A stretch of 64,000 nt of DNA from a virus. How positions within the stretch are numbered: position 1 is the first letter of the stretch; each line of letters begins with the position of its first letter. Below the pieces are notes generated by a model. The model ran no database searches. It worked only from the letters and a program-made list of their open reading frames with translations, and was not told where the DNA came from. Position numbers and translations under genes: made by a program. Where the stretch lies: positions 16,156 to 80,155 of the IMG/VR virus record IMGVR_UViG_3300033816_000828; one strand, written 5' to 3'. Shown here piece after piece: positions 8,755-19,034 of the stretch.

Positions 8755-10947
8755 TTAAATTAGACATGCACCACCAGCGCAACTAATTTCCTCTATTCCG
8801 ACCGTGTTATCCTCCGTTTCAGATAGTTGCGTATAATCAACCTTCTTAAAACTATTAAACAGATCGCAGTATATTTTCCAATTATATACATCTTTCATAC
8901 AGTAAGTTAATCTTCTAGTATCCCCATCAAAATATTTACCGGCAAAGTTTTTCATTTTTGTCACAAATATTAATTTGGATTCGTGATGATCTTTGCTTGC
9001 TTGATTCAAAGTTACATAATCACAAGCTGCCCATAGATTATTATTGAATGCATTAAGAGCTAATTCAATTAAACCAGAGCACCATAATGCAGCATCCCCA
9101 TACTCTTTAACAATTTCACGACTTGTATAAACTGTTGTAAATGGTGCTTGTGGATAGTCTTTGTCTCCACTTTGTGGGATTAAACTAATACCAGCAAAAT
9201 ATTTACGATTATCATAAATAAATTTGGTTACATCAGTCCACTCTTCTGGTTTAACTGTGACAGTGTTGCTCACATTATGGCTAAGATATTCTTGGGTACA
9301 TAATGATTTATTTTTACCAGAATAGACCCAATTTTTTTGAGTATCTTTTACAATAGATAACATTTCTACTGCTGGTAATTGATTCTTTAATTTAGCACCG
9401 TCTGGTACTTCTATTGGGAATTTAATTACCTCATCAGTATTATTGGCTGACCAACTAGACTTCTCACAGGCTTGCGGGTTTAGTTTTTTAAAGTGCTGAT
9501 ATGGTGCTTCTAAAATATTGGCCTGTACATGTCTTATATATCGTTTGGCGTGATGAGGATGAATACCAGAACTTGTTCCCAGCATACTTGAACTGGTGCC
9601 TTCTGGCTTTAAACAGGTCACTCTAGCGGCCTGATTGATATTGATCTTTTTTGATAAAACCTTATTAGTTTCAACGGCCACTTTAGCTCCTGTTCTTAGG
9701 ATCTTTTCTGATAGTACAAGGTCATGCTTTTCCATAGTGCCAGTTAGAGAAACTCCTAATAAGGCCTCTCTTGCAAAGATTTTGCAACTGGTCTCTCCGA
9801 GATAGTCTAATTTAGTAAAGCCAGCTTGTAAAGTACCAATAATTGCTGCCGCTTTGCATCTTTCATAAAAGTCATTTTCGTCTTCTATTGATGAACAATT
9901 AATAGTAGAAAGATTGCATCCTTGCCATCCGCTTTTTCCGCTTTCCTCATCTACTGGCCACATACCTACCTCAACACATGGATTAAATGTCATTTCAGTA
10001 GAATCACTCCAAATAAATCCTGGTTCTCCAAATTCTTTAACAGACTCCATAAGTGTGTTGAATTCTTCAAACGTAACACTGTCTCTGAGTAAAAGGGCTG
10101 AATTGTTGCTTCGTGCTCTTTGGGGATTATCTATATACCAATTGCCAGTTTTAGCTTTTGCCATTTCTTCGTCATCATGACTAAACAATGCAAGACTAGC
10201 AGATCGTCTAACTCCGCCACTCAATACAGCGTCGCTACTATGCATAATAATATCATAAGCATCAATTGGACGTAATTTTTTTTGTCCATTAGCAATACAA
10301 CGGTCTAGTAGGGTTCGTATTTTTTCTAAGCCGTTCGCTAATGGTTCATAACCAGGAGCCTTACCTACTCCAGAAGCCAAAGAAGATCCTTTTGGTCTAA
10401 TATTAGAATAGTCAAATAATATGTGACAATTTTTATATTGTTGGAATTCTTCGATAGGTTTACTAAAGTAACTACTCAATAAAACACCTAAAGCGTCAGA
10501 CCAACCCTCAATACTATCATCAATTACATATTTAGTGCCTATGTCCTCTGGAGGATTGTGTTCTAATGTTGGTAATTTAGAAACATGGTGTTTTTGTACA
10601 CTAAACCCCGTACCACTACCACACAATAATAGCCAGAAACACTCTTGAAAAAATCTTAATCTGTCACAATAAGAACTTGTACAATTATATATTTTGGCAT
10701 GTCTTTTTAAAATTGGTTCGCCACCAAATTGTAATGCTCTTTGGCTTCCAAGAACTTTCTTTTTATACATCATATCATAAGCCCAATCTATATCGTCTTT
10801 TATATCAAACCCACCATAAACAGTGTGCATCATATTGCGAACCCTGTCTACTGCTTCCTTCCAAGTTTCACGACGATTTTTTTCTTCGATCCAACGAGCA
10901 TATTTACTGACAAATGTATAATTCTGTAGTTCTTGAAGCGAGGACAT
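8755..10947 (-). CDS. nrdJ: Class II (adenosylcobalamin-dependent) ribonucleotide reductase
   Basis: YNC, GGVRRSA, NPCVE radical Cys, KPEGTSS, C-terminal CAGGAC; no beta subunit nearby. Confidence 0.92.
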   Translation of the reverse strand: MSSLQELQNYTFVSKYARWIEEKNRRETWKEAVDRVRNMMHTVYGGFDIKDDIDWAYDMMYKKKVLGSQRALQFGGEPILKRHAKIYNCTSSYCDRLRFFQECFWLLLCGSGTGFSVQKHHVSKLPTLEHNPPEDIGTKYVIDDSIEGWSDALGVLLSSYFSKPIEEFQQYKNCHILFDYSNIRPKGSSLASGVGKAPGYEPLANGLEKIRTLLDRCIANGQKKLRPIDAYDIIMHSSDAVLSGGVRRSASLALFSHDDEEMAKAKTGNWYIDNPQRARSNNSALLLRDSVTFEEFNTLMESVKEFGEPGFIWSDSTEMTFNPCVEVGMWPVDEESGKSGWQGCNLSTINCSSIEDENDFYERCKAAAIIGTLQAGFTKLDYLGETSCKIFAREALLGVSLTGTMEKHDLVLSEKILRTGAKVAVETNKVLSKKININQAARVTCLKPEGTSSSMLGTSSGIHPHHAKRYIRHVQANILEAPYQHFKKLNPQACEKSSWSANNTDEVIKFPIEVPDGAKLKNQLPAVEMLSIVKDTQKNWVYSGKNKSLCTQEYLSHNVSNTVTVKPEEWTDVTKFIYDNRKYFAGISLIPQSGDKDYPQAPFTTVYTSREIVKEYGDAALWCSGLIELALNAFNNNLWAACDYVTLNQASKDHHESKLIFVTKMKNFAGKYFDGDTRRLTYCMKDVYNWKIYCDLFNSFKKVDYTQLSETEDNTVGIEEISCAGGACLI

Positions 10948-11036
10948 TATTTCTCCTAATAGAAAAGAATATGGCTATATCGCCAATTGATTGTGTAGAT
11001 TATTTTTCATTTTAGCGATACCGTTATTAGTTATTA

Positions 11037-11504
11037 TCATAATACACCACCCAAGTCTTTAAGCCAAGAAAGATTAGGTTGTATATAAATAATTTCTATT
11101 CCGCTCATTGAAACGAAATTTTTAAAAATATTTTTTGCTTCTTCATCGAATAAATGTGTGCCATGATTATTTGACATAACTACTTTCTTGATACCTTCTT
11201 GCCATAGTGCCATAATACAATCATTACAACTTTGACCAGTAACATATGCTATTCCATTATCTGGTCTTACAACACAGTTTGATAGAGCATTTCTTTCGGC
11301 ATGAATCATCCACGGATATTTTTCTGGCCGTGTTTTAGGTAATAAATCATCATCAAGTCCGCGAGGAAAGCCATTATATCCTACGCCTAGAATTCTATCC
11401 CTAGAATCTGTGATAACACAGCCGTGCTGTGTTTGCATATCGTGACTACGTTGAGAAACAACTTTAGCCAAACCTAAAAAATAATCTGTCCACGATGGTC
11501 TCAT
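11037..11504 (-). CDS. dCMP deaminase
   Basis: GYNGFPRG, HAERNA, SCNDC zinc ligands. Confidence 0.92.
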   Translation of the reverse strand: MRPSWTDYFLGLAKVVSQRSHDMQTQHGCVITDSRDRILGVGYNGFPRGLDDDLLPKTRPEKYPWMIHAERNALSNCVVRPDNGIAYVTGQSCNDCIMALWQEGIKKVVMSNNHGTHLFDEEAKNIFKNFVSMSGIEIIYIQPNLSWLKDLGGVL

Positions 11505-11510
11505 GGAACT

Positions 11511-11538
11511 ATTATAACAAAATGGATGGTCTGGTCAA
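11511..11538 (-). promoter_or_regulatory. Sigma70-type promoter, probably giving a leaderless dCMP deaminase mRNA
   Basis: TTGACC-N16-TATAAT with extended TG; the ATG lies 6 nt after the -10 and there is no SD. Confidence 0.65.
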
Positions 11539-11541
11539 GTT

Positions 11542-11790
11542 TTATTTTGTTGTGAGCTTGTTATATAAAACTAGAGATAAAACGCCACCAGCAACACCCA
11601 TAATTACTCCTGCTGGAGAAACAGCTTCGTAACTTCCTAGTAGATAAAGTATGGCACCTCCCATATATGAGCCAGCAACACCTAATGCTACTGTTTTTAC
11701 AAAACCAAAATTTTCTTCACCGGGTACTATACTTTTGGCGATAGAACCCACAAATAAACCATATACGCACCACACTAGAATATTAAACAT
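11542..11790 (-). CDS. GlsB/YeaQ/YmgE (transglycosylase-associated) small membrane protein
   Basis: GLFVGSIAKSIVPG...LGVAGSYMGG, three hydrophobic segments. Confidence 0.8.
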   Translation of the reverse strand: MFNILVWCVYGLFVGSIAKSIVPGEENFGFVKTVALGVAGSYMGGAILYLLGSYEAVSPAGVIMGVAGGVLSLVLYNKLTTK

Positions 11791-12208
11791 TTGCTGCCTC
11801 CACTAAGGTTATGACTTCATCATCCTTGAGATCTGCTCCTGTATCTAACATAGCATTTAATAATTGCATACCATATTTAGCATATTGTTCTTTTGATAAT
11901 TCTCGTCTTAATATTCTTTTTATTCTCATTTTTGTAAACATACCACGACGAGAACTATATTCTTTGATTTCTGATCCATAAAGATTGTATTTATCTTGAG
12001 CAGTATACTCGCCAGATAGTTTATTTTTATTGCACTCTTGTAGTACTCTGATAACTGTTAGAATAATACTAATCATCATAAGTATAGCAATAACACTACC
12101 AAATTTTTCGTCTTCGGGTACTCCAGCTTTATTTAAAACTTTGGCAGAAATAGCTTTTAACTTTTCATTATTCATTTTCGTATTACTCTGCATCCATTTG
12201 GAGTACAA
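11783..12208 (-). CDS. Single-TM hypothetical protein (start possibly 12175)
   Basis: SVIAILMMISIILTVIRVL hydrophobic helix. Confidence 0.7.
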   Translation of the reverse strand: MYSKWMQSNTKMNNEKLKAISAKVLNKAGVPEDEKFGSVIAILMMISIILTVIRVLQECNKNKLSGEYTAQDKYNLYGSEIKEYSSRRGMFTKMRIKRILRRELSKEQYAKYGMQLLNAMLDTGADLKDDEVITLVEAANV

Positions 12209-12498
12209 ATAGTACCACTTTTAATTACACCGGCTTGAGGAAGACTCTGCATATGTGTTCCTGTTTCTGGTTCACAATATCCACAATCAACCATCTTGAT
12301 ACCGTCGCCACTAAGATACTTACCAGTACCCTTGCATACTGGACAATTTTTTCTCTTATATTTTGTATCTGGCATTTCGATATGTGTTGATTTGATTATT
12401 CCACCAGCCAGAACAACAGATGCTGTAGTAGATCCTTTGTATTGAGATGATCCAAATAATACGGTTGCTATTAGTACCAACCCTAATAATTTATTCAT
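12172..12498 (-). CDS. Secreted or membrane protein with DnaJ-like Zn-finger motifs
   Basis: Signal-like N-terminus, CPVCKGTG...CGYC, C-terminal CTPNGC. Confidence 0.65.
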   Translation of the reverse strand: MNKLLGLVLIATVLFGSSQYKGSTTASVVLAGGIIKSTHIEMPDTKYKRKNCPVCKGTGKYLSGDGIKMVDCGYCEPETGTHMQSLPQAGVIKSGTICTPNGCRVIRK

Positions 12499-12658
12499 TT
12501 TTTACTCTTGGAAAGATTCTTTTTCTTTTTGGTTTTGGATGATCCACGCTATCATCAGCTTCTGTCTTTTCTGGTACTATTAATTTAAGTACCGCCAAGA
12601 TAAAAGTTAATAGCATACTAATTAGTCGTTGCAAAGCGATTCTATCTATTAGTCTCAT
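12491..12658 (-). CDS. Small single-TM protein (55 aa), not in the ORF track
   Basis: MRLIDRIALQRLISMLLTFILAVLKLIVPEK...KPKRKRIFPRVKNE; fills the gap and overlaps the next start. Confidence 0.65.
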   Translation of the reverse strand: MRLIDRIALQRLISMLLTFILAVLKLIVPEKTEADDSVDHPKPKRKRIFPRVKNE

Positions 12659-12669
12659 TATTATACACC

Positions 12670-14712
12670 TTATAAGTAATCAAACCCATAATCTGGTAAT
12701 TTTTGTACAGGAAATCCATTAAAATTACTAAAGGCATAAGTTCCATTTTGTTTAATCATGCCTTCTGCTACGTCACTATGAATTAAGAATGAACCATCTG
12801 GAATTGGACCCCATTCTGGATGACCACCATCATTCCACTTGCCCCAACTGTTTTGTACTAAAAATGCTGTTTCACCATTGGTATCATCGCAGGCTATCCA
12901 AGCCATACAATGAGCCCAACTACCACTAGTTCTAGCAAAACCCTTACTATCTCTTTTATTACTAAAACCATAATTAGAACAGACTGCTAATCCGTAGCCA
13001 TTCGCTAATGCGTCTCGTGCTTCTTCGACACTTTTAATAAGTGATGTGGTTCTAATTTGATGGTCATTAGCTAAATCTAATACTTTATCTGGAACACCAC
13101 GACCACCCCATCCGGCACCTAGCATTCCGTCATATTTACTCAGATCAACAACACCCTTATAATTTTTACGAACAAGTACTCCGCCAATCTTATTAACAAA
13201 TTCAGCAGCTTTACTGCCTGTCATACCTTGACCACTCCAACCACGAGCACCATAAATGGCTTCGGTTGCTCCTCTTGCTACCCAACTTTCCTTTTCACCT
13301 AATATATCAATCTCTACTGCTCTACTAATATCACATGCGTTTCTTGTGCCGTGTGAGACACAGTTGTGTGAAATTATTCCATTTGCTATAAAAGAATGAT
13401 CATCTTTAACGTTTATACAATAAACATTATTGGTATAAGTTTCTTTTATTATTTTACTTATGGGAGCTAATAGACCTAAACTACAAGTTAACCGATTTTG
13501 TTTAGAACGCACTTTTGTCATCGTTGATAGTTCGGGATAAATCTTATATACCTGATCCCCATATAAATCTACCTGATACGCTTCTTTGCTTTTGTTTCTT
13601 GGAGGTCTAATTGTAATGGTATGTTGAATTTGTAAAGAAATTAATATATCTGAAATATTATGTATCAGTGTTTTAGATACCGATACTCCTACTAATTTTC
13701 GTCTTTTTTCTGTGGTAACACTACCATCTCCATCAGACCAGCCTCTTAAAAATGATAGCTTGTGCCATTTAGAAGAATTAAGAATTTCATTATCGAGATT
13801 TTTGGTCCATTGATTACCTTTAACAAAGTGAGCAAATAGTCTGGCTACAATAATATTGGAACATCTCACACAACAGACATTTTGATCAACACGATTAAAA
13901 ATACTAGATTTAGCACCAAATATATCAGATAACAAATATACTATACGGTCTCTGAGTTGAGTTTCTTTGATATTTAGATTAAATGTTATTCTTTCTTTAT
14001 TTGCTCCATCAACACCTCCTTCTGCGGCATAAAGTCCTATAAGCCACATAAGATCATTAGAAAGTTTGATAAATCTTTTAAGTTTATTCTTACTAAATTT
14101 AACTCTAATAGTATCATTAATAATTTCATATTTTAAATCTGAAATATAGTTACTTAGATCTAAGATTTTATCATCGACCGAATTATTATTTTGTTTTGGC
14201 AAAACTAATAGATCGCCTTCCTTTAAAGATTTAGCTTCTATCCATTCATAACCACTATCATTAAATACCATGACTTTGTGATCATTTGTCATAGATAAAA
14301 TTTTATCATACTTTTTAATATGTACATGGTTAATTTGTTTTTCTGTTGGCAATTTATTAATTAGTTCATAAACCGGTTTAGGTCTGTTATTGTGTGTAAT
14401 AACGCTTTCTCCAATTTGTATATCTTCGATATTTTTAAAAGAACCATCAGACATTAATACTTTGGTACCTTGGATTAAACAATCACCAGTAACTTGTCGT
14501 TCTTCATAAGGTTTTTTATCAAACTTCAATACGCTTTTGTATGGTGTTGATAATTTACCTTTACCACTATTTGTTATTCTAGAACTAGCATCACCAAAGT
14601 ATGGATATTTTAAAATTTCCATTAAGTGATCAAATTCTAGTTGATTCCAAATAGCTCCTTGAAAGCCTTGTCTATAGTTATTATAAAGATCAATTGGTGA
14701 TAGTCGAGCCAT
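12670..14712 (-). CDS. Papain-like (C1) cysteine peptidase interrupted by an intein
   Basis: Spliced form reads RQVTGD|CVSHG (oxyanion Gln and catalytic Cys), WAHCM (His), QNSWG (Asn). Confidence 0.88.
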   Translation of the reverse strand: MARLSPIDLYNNYRQGFQGAIWNQLEFDHLMEILKYPYFGDASSRITNSGKGKLSTPYKSVLKFDKKPYEERQVTGDCLIQGTKVLMSDGSFKNIEDIQIGESVITHNNRPKPVYELINKLPTEKQINHVHIKKYDKILSMTNDHKVMVFNDSGYEWIEAKSLKEGDLLVLPKQNNNSVDDKILDLSNYISDLKYEIINDTIRVKFSKNKLKRFIKLSNDLMWLIGLYAAEGGVDGANKERITFNLNIKETQLRDRIVYLLSDIFGAKSSIFNRVDQNVCCVRCSNIIVARLFAHFVKGNQWTKNLDNEILNSSKWHKLSFLRGWSDGDGSVTTEKRRKLVGVSVSKTLIHNISDILISLQIQHTITIRPPRNKSKEAYQVDLYGDQVYKIYPELSTMTKVRSKQNRLTCSLGLLAPISKIIKETYTNNVYCINVKDDHSFIANGIISHNCVSHGTRNACDISRAVEIDILGEKESWVARGATEAIYGARGWSGQGMTGSKAAEFVNKIGGVLVRKNYKGVVDLSKYDGMLGAGWGGRGVPDKVLDLANDHQIRTTSLIKSVEEARDALANGYGLAVCSNYGFSNKRDSKGFARTSGSWAHCMAWIACDDTNGETAFLVQNSWGKWNDGGHPEWGPIPDGSFLIHSDVAEGMIKQNGTYAFSNFNGFPVQKLPDYGFDYL
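13363..14481 (-). mobile_element. Intein (373 aa) with LAGLIDADG homing endonuclease
   Basis: Starts CLIQGTKV; block B TNDH; LIGLYAAEG and FLRGWSDGDG motifs; ends VYCINV...IISHN followed by Cys+1. Confidence 0.95.
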
Positions 14713-15210
14713 TTATTTTGCTCCTTGTGAACAAGCCCACGCCAATGCTTTAAAACCCTCAGCAGCCTGAATGCGGGATTCTCTATTTAATGCTACACTA
14801 TCATCGCCAATAGCCTCAACTATTACAGCCTTACAAGCTTCTGCTAATTTAGGATATTTATTTTTAATATCCAGTTTGAGCATAGTTCCCGCTAATTTGT
14901 TGGCTTGTCTAATTTCTTCTGTATTTTTAATAACCTCATCATCACCATCTAAGGTTACAAGAGTTGCTAAATCTACATATAAACTAGATAATCTTTTACC
15001 ATCAGTTTTACGATCAGGATCACCGTCTTTTAAAACCCTAACAACCTCATCAGCTTTAGCTTTTAAGCCTTCTCTAACCGGTGCAGATAATTCTGCAATA
15101 TCAACAACAACAGGTTGTGGACGATCTACCAATGATCCAAGATCAGGTTTGAATAATCCAATTCCTATTAGTATAAAAGCTAATGCTAATAATAATGTTT
15201 TAGTATTCAT
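14713..15210 (-). CDS. Exported or membrane-anchored hypothetical protein
   Basis: N-terminal hydrophobic signal/TM. Confidence 0.7.
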   Translation of the reverse strand: MNTKTLLLALAFILIGIGLFKPDLGSLVDRPQPVVVDIAELSAPVREGLKAKADEVVRVLKDGDPDRKTDGKRLSSLYVDLATLVTLDGDDEVIKNTEEIRQANKLAGTMLKLDIKNKYPKLAEACKAVIVEAIGDDSVALNRESRIQAAEGFKALAWACSQGAK

Positions 15211-15584
15211 GTTGACTCCTTATCTCCACAAACAACAGGACTTAAAAATGGAAACATTTGATCAGCAACTTCAACCGCTTTGTCGCAGCCACATTCAGAC
15301 GCTAAATCTCGTGTTTGTTTCCAACTTACAATGAGCTTAAAAAATATATCCTCTTTAGTTGTAACTACAGGTTTGACTGATGGAACAACTACAGCAACAG
15401 GAGTTACAGGTTTTAATGGAGATACATTCTTAAATTTTTCTACTAATCCGCCTAGAAATGTTTGAACAGGGCTTAGTTTATCCTTAAATAATACCCATAG
15501 TATTAAACCAACACCGGCATACAGGGCCAAATCCATTGGTCCAACCTTGCTAGCAAACTCTTCAAAAGTTTCTGTGTAATTCAT
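15207..15584 (-). CDS. Single-TM hypothetical protein
   Basis: LALYAGVGLILWVLF; Pro/Val linker. Confidence 0.7.
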   Translation of the reverse strand: MNYTETFEEFASKVGPMDLALYAGVGLILWVLFKDKLSPVQTFLGGLVEKFKNVSPLKPVTPVAVVVPSVKPVVTTKEDIFFKLIVSWKQTRDLASECGCDKAVEVADQMFPFLSPVVCGDKEST

Positions 15585-15967
15585 AGTCCAGCCTCTCTTT
15601 TAATAAAAACCCCAGTATTTCTAAAAATTGTAACAGTAGCATCAATAGTAGCGCCCACCATAATCATGAGGATATTTTTGATGTACTTATGTATAATAGG
15701 CTCAACAAGATTAGGAACAAATGGAACATCTACCACTAAAAATACCTTATCGTAAAAACTATTTAATAGTTCTAATGCTATGGCCTTTTTATCTGGACCA
15801 CTCAAATCATTAGCTACTTTTTCTATAATTTGAACTAAACTTGCCGTGGCCAATTGTAATAGTTTCCACGCTTCACCAATCGCTATATTTTTAATGCCTG
15901 ATATTGAATTTTTTGTTTCTTCTGTAATCTTATTAAATTCTACTAAAATTAATTCTTTCGGTGTCAT
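15581..15967 (-). CDS. Hypothetical protein
   Basis: Coupled ORF. Confidence 0.7.
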   Translation of the reverse strand: MTPKELILVEFNKITEETKNSISGIKNIAIGEAWKLLQLATASLVQIIEKVANDLSGPDKKAIALELLNSFYDKVFLVVDVPFVPNLVEPIIHKYIKNILMIMVGATIDATVTIFRNTGVFIKREAGL

Positions 15968-18729
15968 ACAATAGTTTCTCCAGTATTGATATTTATAGTA
16001 CCAAGATTTTTAGGTATTGGTAAATTTGTTTCTTTGCACATACAGTTCATACGCATTCTAGATTGAGTATGATCAACATCATAAATTCTCGTACTATTGA
16101 CCTCTGGATCGCCTTCACTAGCACCAGGATTAATTTCTGTGTATCCTAAATCTACTAAATGTTTTAATGTTAATCTGCTTAAAACTCGTTTCTCATTTGG
16201 CTCTGGAGCGTATCCAATCATCAATTCGTCCCAAACTCCATAATAAAATGGTTCTGTAGATTGTTGTAATCTCAATCCATCTTCCCAATGACTATCAACA
16301 GTAGTTATATTGCCCTGAGCGGCTCCTCTATTTTCGAGAGGTGTTTTTGTTCTTGATAATCCAGTTATACTATTATAAGCGGTTTGTGTTTGTGAATATG
16401 CTGTACCATTTAATAAGTGATTAATTGGTCGAACACCACCAGATAGAGTGCTATATTCATAATTCCAATAAACTCCCAGCCCTAATGCATGACACAACTC
16501 GTGCGCAAAAATATCTACCCAATTTGAATGATTATATCTATTTTGATAAAAGGTATTTACTCCCATAACATAAGAAATTGTATTGGCTTTTACCCCTGGC
16601 AATCCATAAACCTGAGCAAATGAGTCGATGCCAGCATATGCAACGAATGGACCATCTTCTTCATAATGAAAATCAATATAAATTGGAAAAGCTCCACTCC
16701 ATTCAGCACCATAAAAATTACGTATAGCCTGTACAACAGTATCATCATATTTAATGTATTTAGATAATCTATTAGTAGCTTCTAATATATATTCTTTCCA
16801 TGGAGATATGGCTGTTATATTATTATAGTCTGCATGAAATTGTAATATTTCATCTAATTGACTATTATCAAATAATATTGGAGGAGTTTTAGGCGTGACA
16901 ACATTACTATTATCAGAATATGGGCCAGTTCCAACAGAATTAATAGCAGCAACCTTAAATATATAAGATGTGTTATTAGTTAAATTATCTACTATATAAC
17001 TAATTTTATCACTATTTATAGTAGCAACATCTGTCCAAATTGATCCACTATTTGTCGATTTTTGAATTTTATATGAAATAATTGTTGAGCCACCATTGTC
17101 TGATGGTTGTTTCCAATTTAATACAGCCTTGGAATCTAATGGTTCAGCTTTAAGATTAGTTGGTTTTTGCGGCACTGTTGGCTGAGGAGTAACGCTAGAA
17201 CTTGCAGAACTATATGGGCTGCTACCAATAAGATTTGTGGCTGATACTCTAAATTTATATGAGGTTCCATTTGTAAGTCCTGTTATTAATACGCTATTTG
17301 ATGCCACTGCTGATCCATTATTTGATAATGACCATGAAGCGCCATTATTTGATGATTGCTGTATTGTATAATTTAATATGGGTAATCCACCAGTATTAAC
17401 TGGAGCATCCCATGATAATAATACTGATTTATTTTTCGATACACCCTGCACATTAGATGGAGCATCTGGTGGTGGTGAACCAGGAACAACAGGGATAGAA
17501 TTATCGCTATATGAACTAGTGCCAATATTATTCACTGCTGCTACTCTAAAAACATATGATTGTCCAACTGTGAGATTTTCTACTGTCATTGAAGTATTTG
17601 ATGTAATTGAAGCATAAGTAATCCAATTACTTCCATCATTATATTGAATTAAATAATATAATATTGGAATATTTAATCCTCCGGTATTTGTTGGTGCTGT
17701 CCATGATATGGAAACTGAACTATTACCCAAACCAGTTATTTGCATATTTGTTGGACTGCCGGGAACACTTGTTGGTCTAATAATAATTTTATTACTCCAA
17801 ACACTACTACCATCTGGTATATTATATTTTTCACTACCAAATACATTGAATGCTCTTATTGTTAATGCATAATATAATCCGTTAGTTAAATTAGAAACTG
17901 TAAAACTATTAATATTATTAGTATTATTAAATCTTCTTCTAGATAGTTCAAAAGGAGTAATGTTTTGAGGTGTTGGTATATATTTTTGTGCTTCTGCTAG
18001 TGTTTTAAATCCAGCACATCTAATAGCATACTCAACTATATTTTTTCCACCATTATTGGTTGGAGGTGTCCAATTAACTAAAGCGGCACCACCGCCACTA
18101 GCAGGACTACCAACAAAAGATGTTGGTGGTGATGGTGGAGCAAATACTAACACAGAAATAGGAGAGGTTGTTGGACTCCAGCCGTTTTGGTTTTTTGCTG
18201 AGATTCTGCATAAATACGTTGTACCATTTGATAATCCTGATATAGTATAACTAAATATATTAGAAGATATACCTGTTATTGGTGTCCATGAACTGCCACT
18301 ATTGCTAGAATATTCAATTTTATATTCACTAATTGGTGTGGCTCCAATATTGGTAGGAGATTTCCAATTAACTAAAATACTATTGATATTATTTAAAGCG
18401 GTTACATTTACTGGTACTGATGGAGTTACAGTTAATGGTTTTACCGGAGATGTTTGTGGGCTGTATGGACCAATACCAAAAGTATTCGTTACAGCTATTC
18501 TAAATATATAAAATAGATTGGGATTTAATGATGATATTGTGGTTGTTGTTACTGTGCCATTTATTCTTCCTGGTGGTGTGGGGAACGTTGTCCATGATGA
18601 GCCACTATTTGTACTATATTGTATTGTGAAAAAACTTCTACTAGGAACACCAGGAAGCTTATTCCATCTTAAAACTATAGATAAGATTTTGGGAGTAACA
18701 GAGGTAATAACTGTTGACTGTGTGCTCAT
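15964..18729 (-). CDS. Six fibronectin type III domains plus a C-terminal leishmanolysin (M8)-like zinc metalloprotease
   Basis: Repeated W..P...GG..I..Y...L.NG..Y.FRV.A.N..G; HELCHALG, SHWE, DELM. Confidence 0.85.
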   Translation of the reverse strand: MSTQSTVITSVTPKILSIVLRWNKLPGVPSRSFFTIQYSTNSGSSWTTFPTPPGRINGTVTTTTISSLNPNLFYIFRIAVTNTFGIGPYSPQTSPVKPLTVTPSVPVNVTALNNINSILVNWKSPTNIGATPISEYKIEYSSNSGSSWTPITGISSNIFSYTISGLSNGTTYLCRISAKNQNGWSPTTSPISVLVFAPPSPPTSFVGSPASGGGAALVNWTPPTNNGGKNIVEYAIRCAGFKTLAEAQKYIPTPQNITPFELSRRRFNNTNNINSFTVSNLTNGLYYALTIRAFNVFGSEKYNIPDGSSVWSNKIIIRPTSVPGSPTNMQITGLGNSSVSISWTAPTNTGGLNIPILYYLIQYNDGSNWITYASITSNTSMTVENLTVGQSYVFRVAAVNNIGTSSYSDNSIPVVPGSPPPDAPSNVQGVSKNKSVLLSWDAPVNTGGLPILNYTIQQSSNNGASWSLSNNGSAVASNSVLITGLTNGTSYKFRVSATNLIGSSPYSSASSSVTPQPTVPQKPTNLKAEPLDSKAVLNWKQPSDNGGSTIISYKIQKSTNSGSIWTDVATINSDKISYIVDNLTNNTSYIFKVAAINSVGTGPYSDNSNVVTPKTPPILFDNSQLDEILQFHADYNNITAISPWKEYILEATNRLSKYIKYDDTVVQAIRNFYGAEWSGAFPIYIDFHYEEDGPFVAYAGIDSFAQVYGLPGVKANTISYVMGVNTFYQNRYNHSNWVDIFAHELCHALGLGVYWNYEYSTLSGGVRPINHLLNGTAYSQTQTAYNSITGLSRTKTPLENRGAAQGNITTVDSHWEDGLRLQQSTEPFYYGVWDELMIGYAPEPNEKRVLSRLTLKHLVDLGYTEINPGASEGDPEVNSTRIYDVDHTQSRMRMNCMCKETNLPIPKNLGTININTGETIV

Positions 18730-19034
18730 TTTTTAATATTCTTTCTTTTGGTGGTTGTAGTTTTCTTTTTTGTTGTTACTGGTTTAATATTATTTTCTTT
18801 ATTATCTGTATTGATATATATTTTTTTAATTTCTGTTCTGCCTTTTATATATCTAAATAATACACTTAATTGTCCAATAATTAGTATCAAAGCCTCAAGA
18901 CCTCTACTAGTTTCTTGAATAAGATCTTCTTTTTGAGAATGATCATTTAATATGCCTAATAAATATAATCCACTAAATAAGAAACTTACTAATGTAAACC
19001 AGAATTCACTAGTCTTGTATCCTGGTTTTATCAT
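18726..19034 (-). CDS. Holin-like membrane protein
   Basis: KPGYKTSEFW, two hydrophobic helices, highly basic C-terminus. Confidence 0.55.
   Translation of the reverse strand: MIKPGYKTSEFWFTLVSFLFSGLYLLGILNDHSQKEDLIQETSRGLEALILIIGQLSVLFRYIKGRTEIKKIYINTDNKENNIKPVTTKKKTTTTKRKNIKK

Noticed and set aside
4933-10947. Introns or inteins in recA, phoH or nrdJ
   Set aside because: Reading frames are continuous and of normal length, with no splicing motifs.
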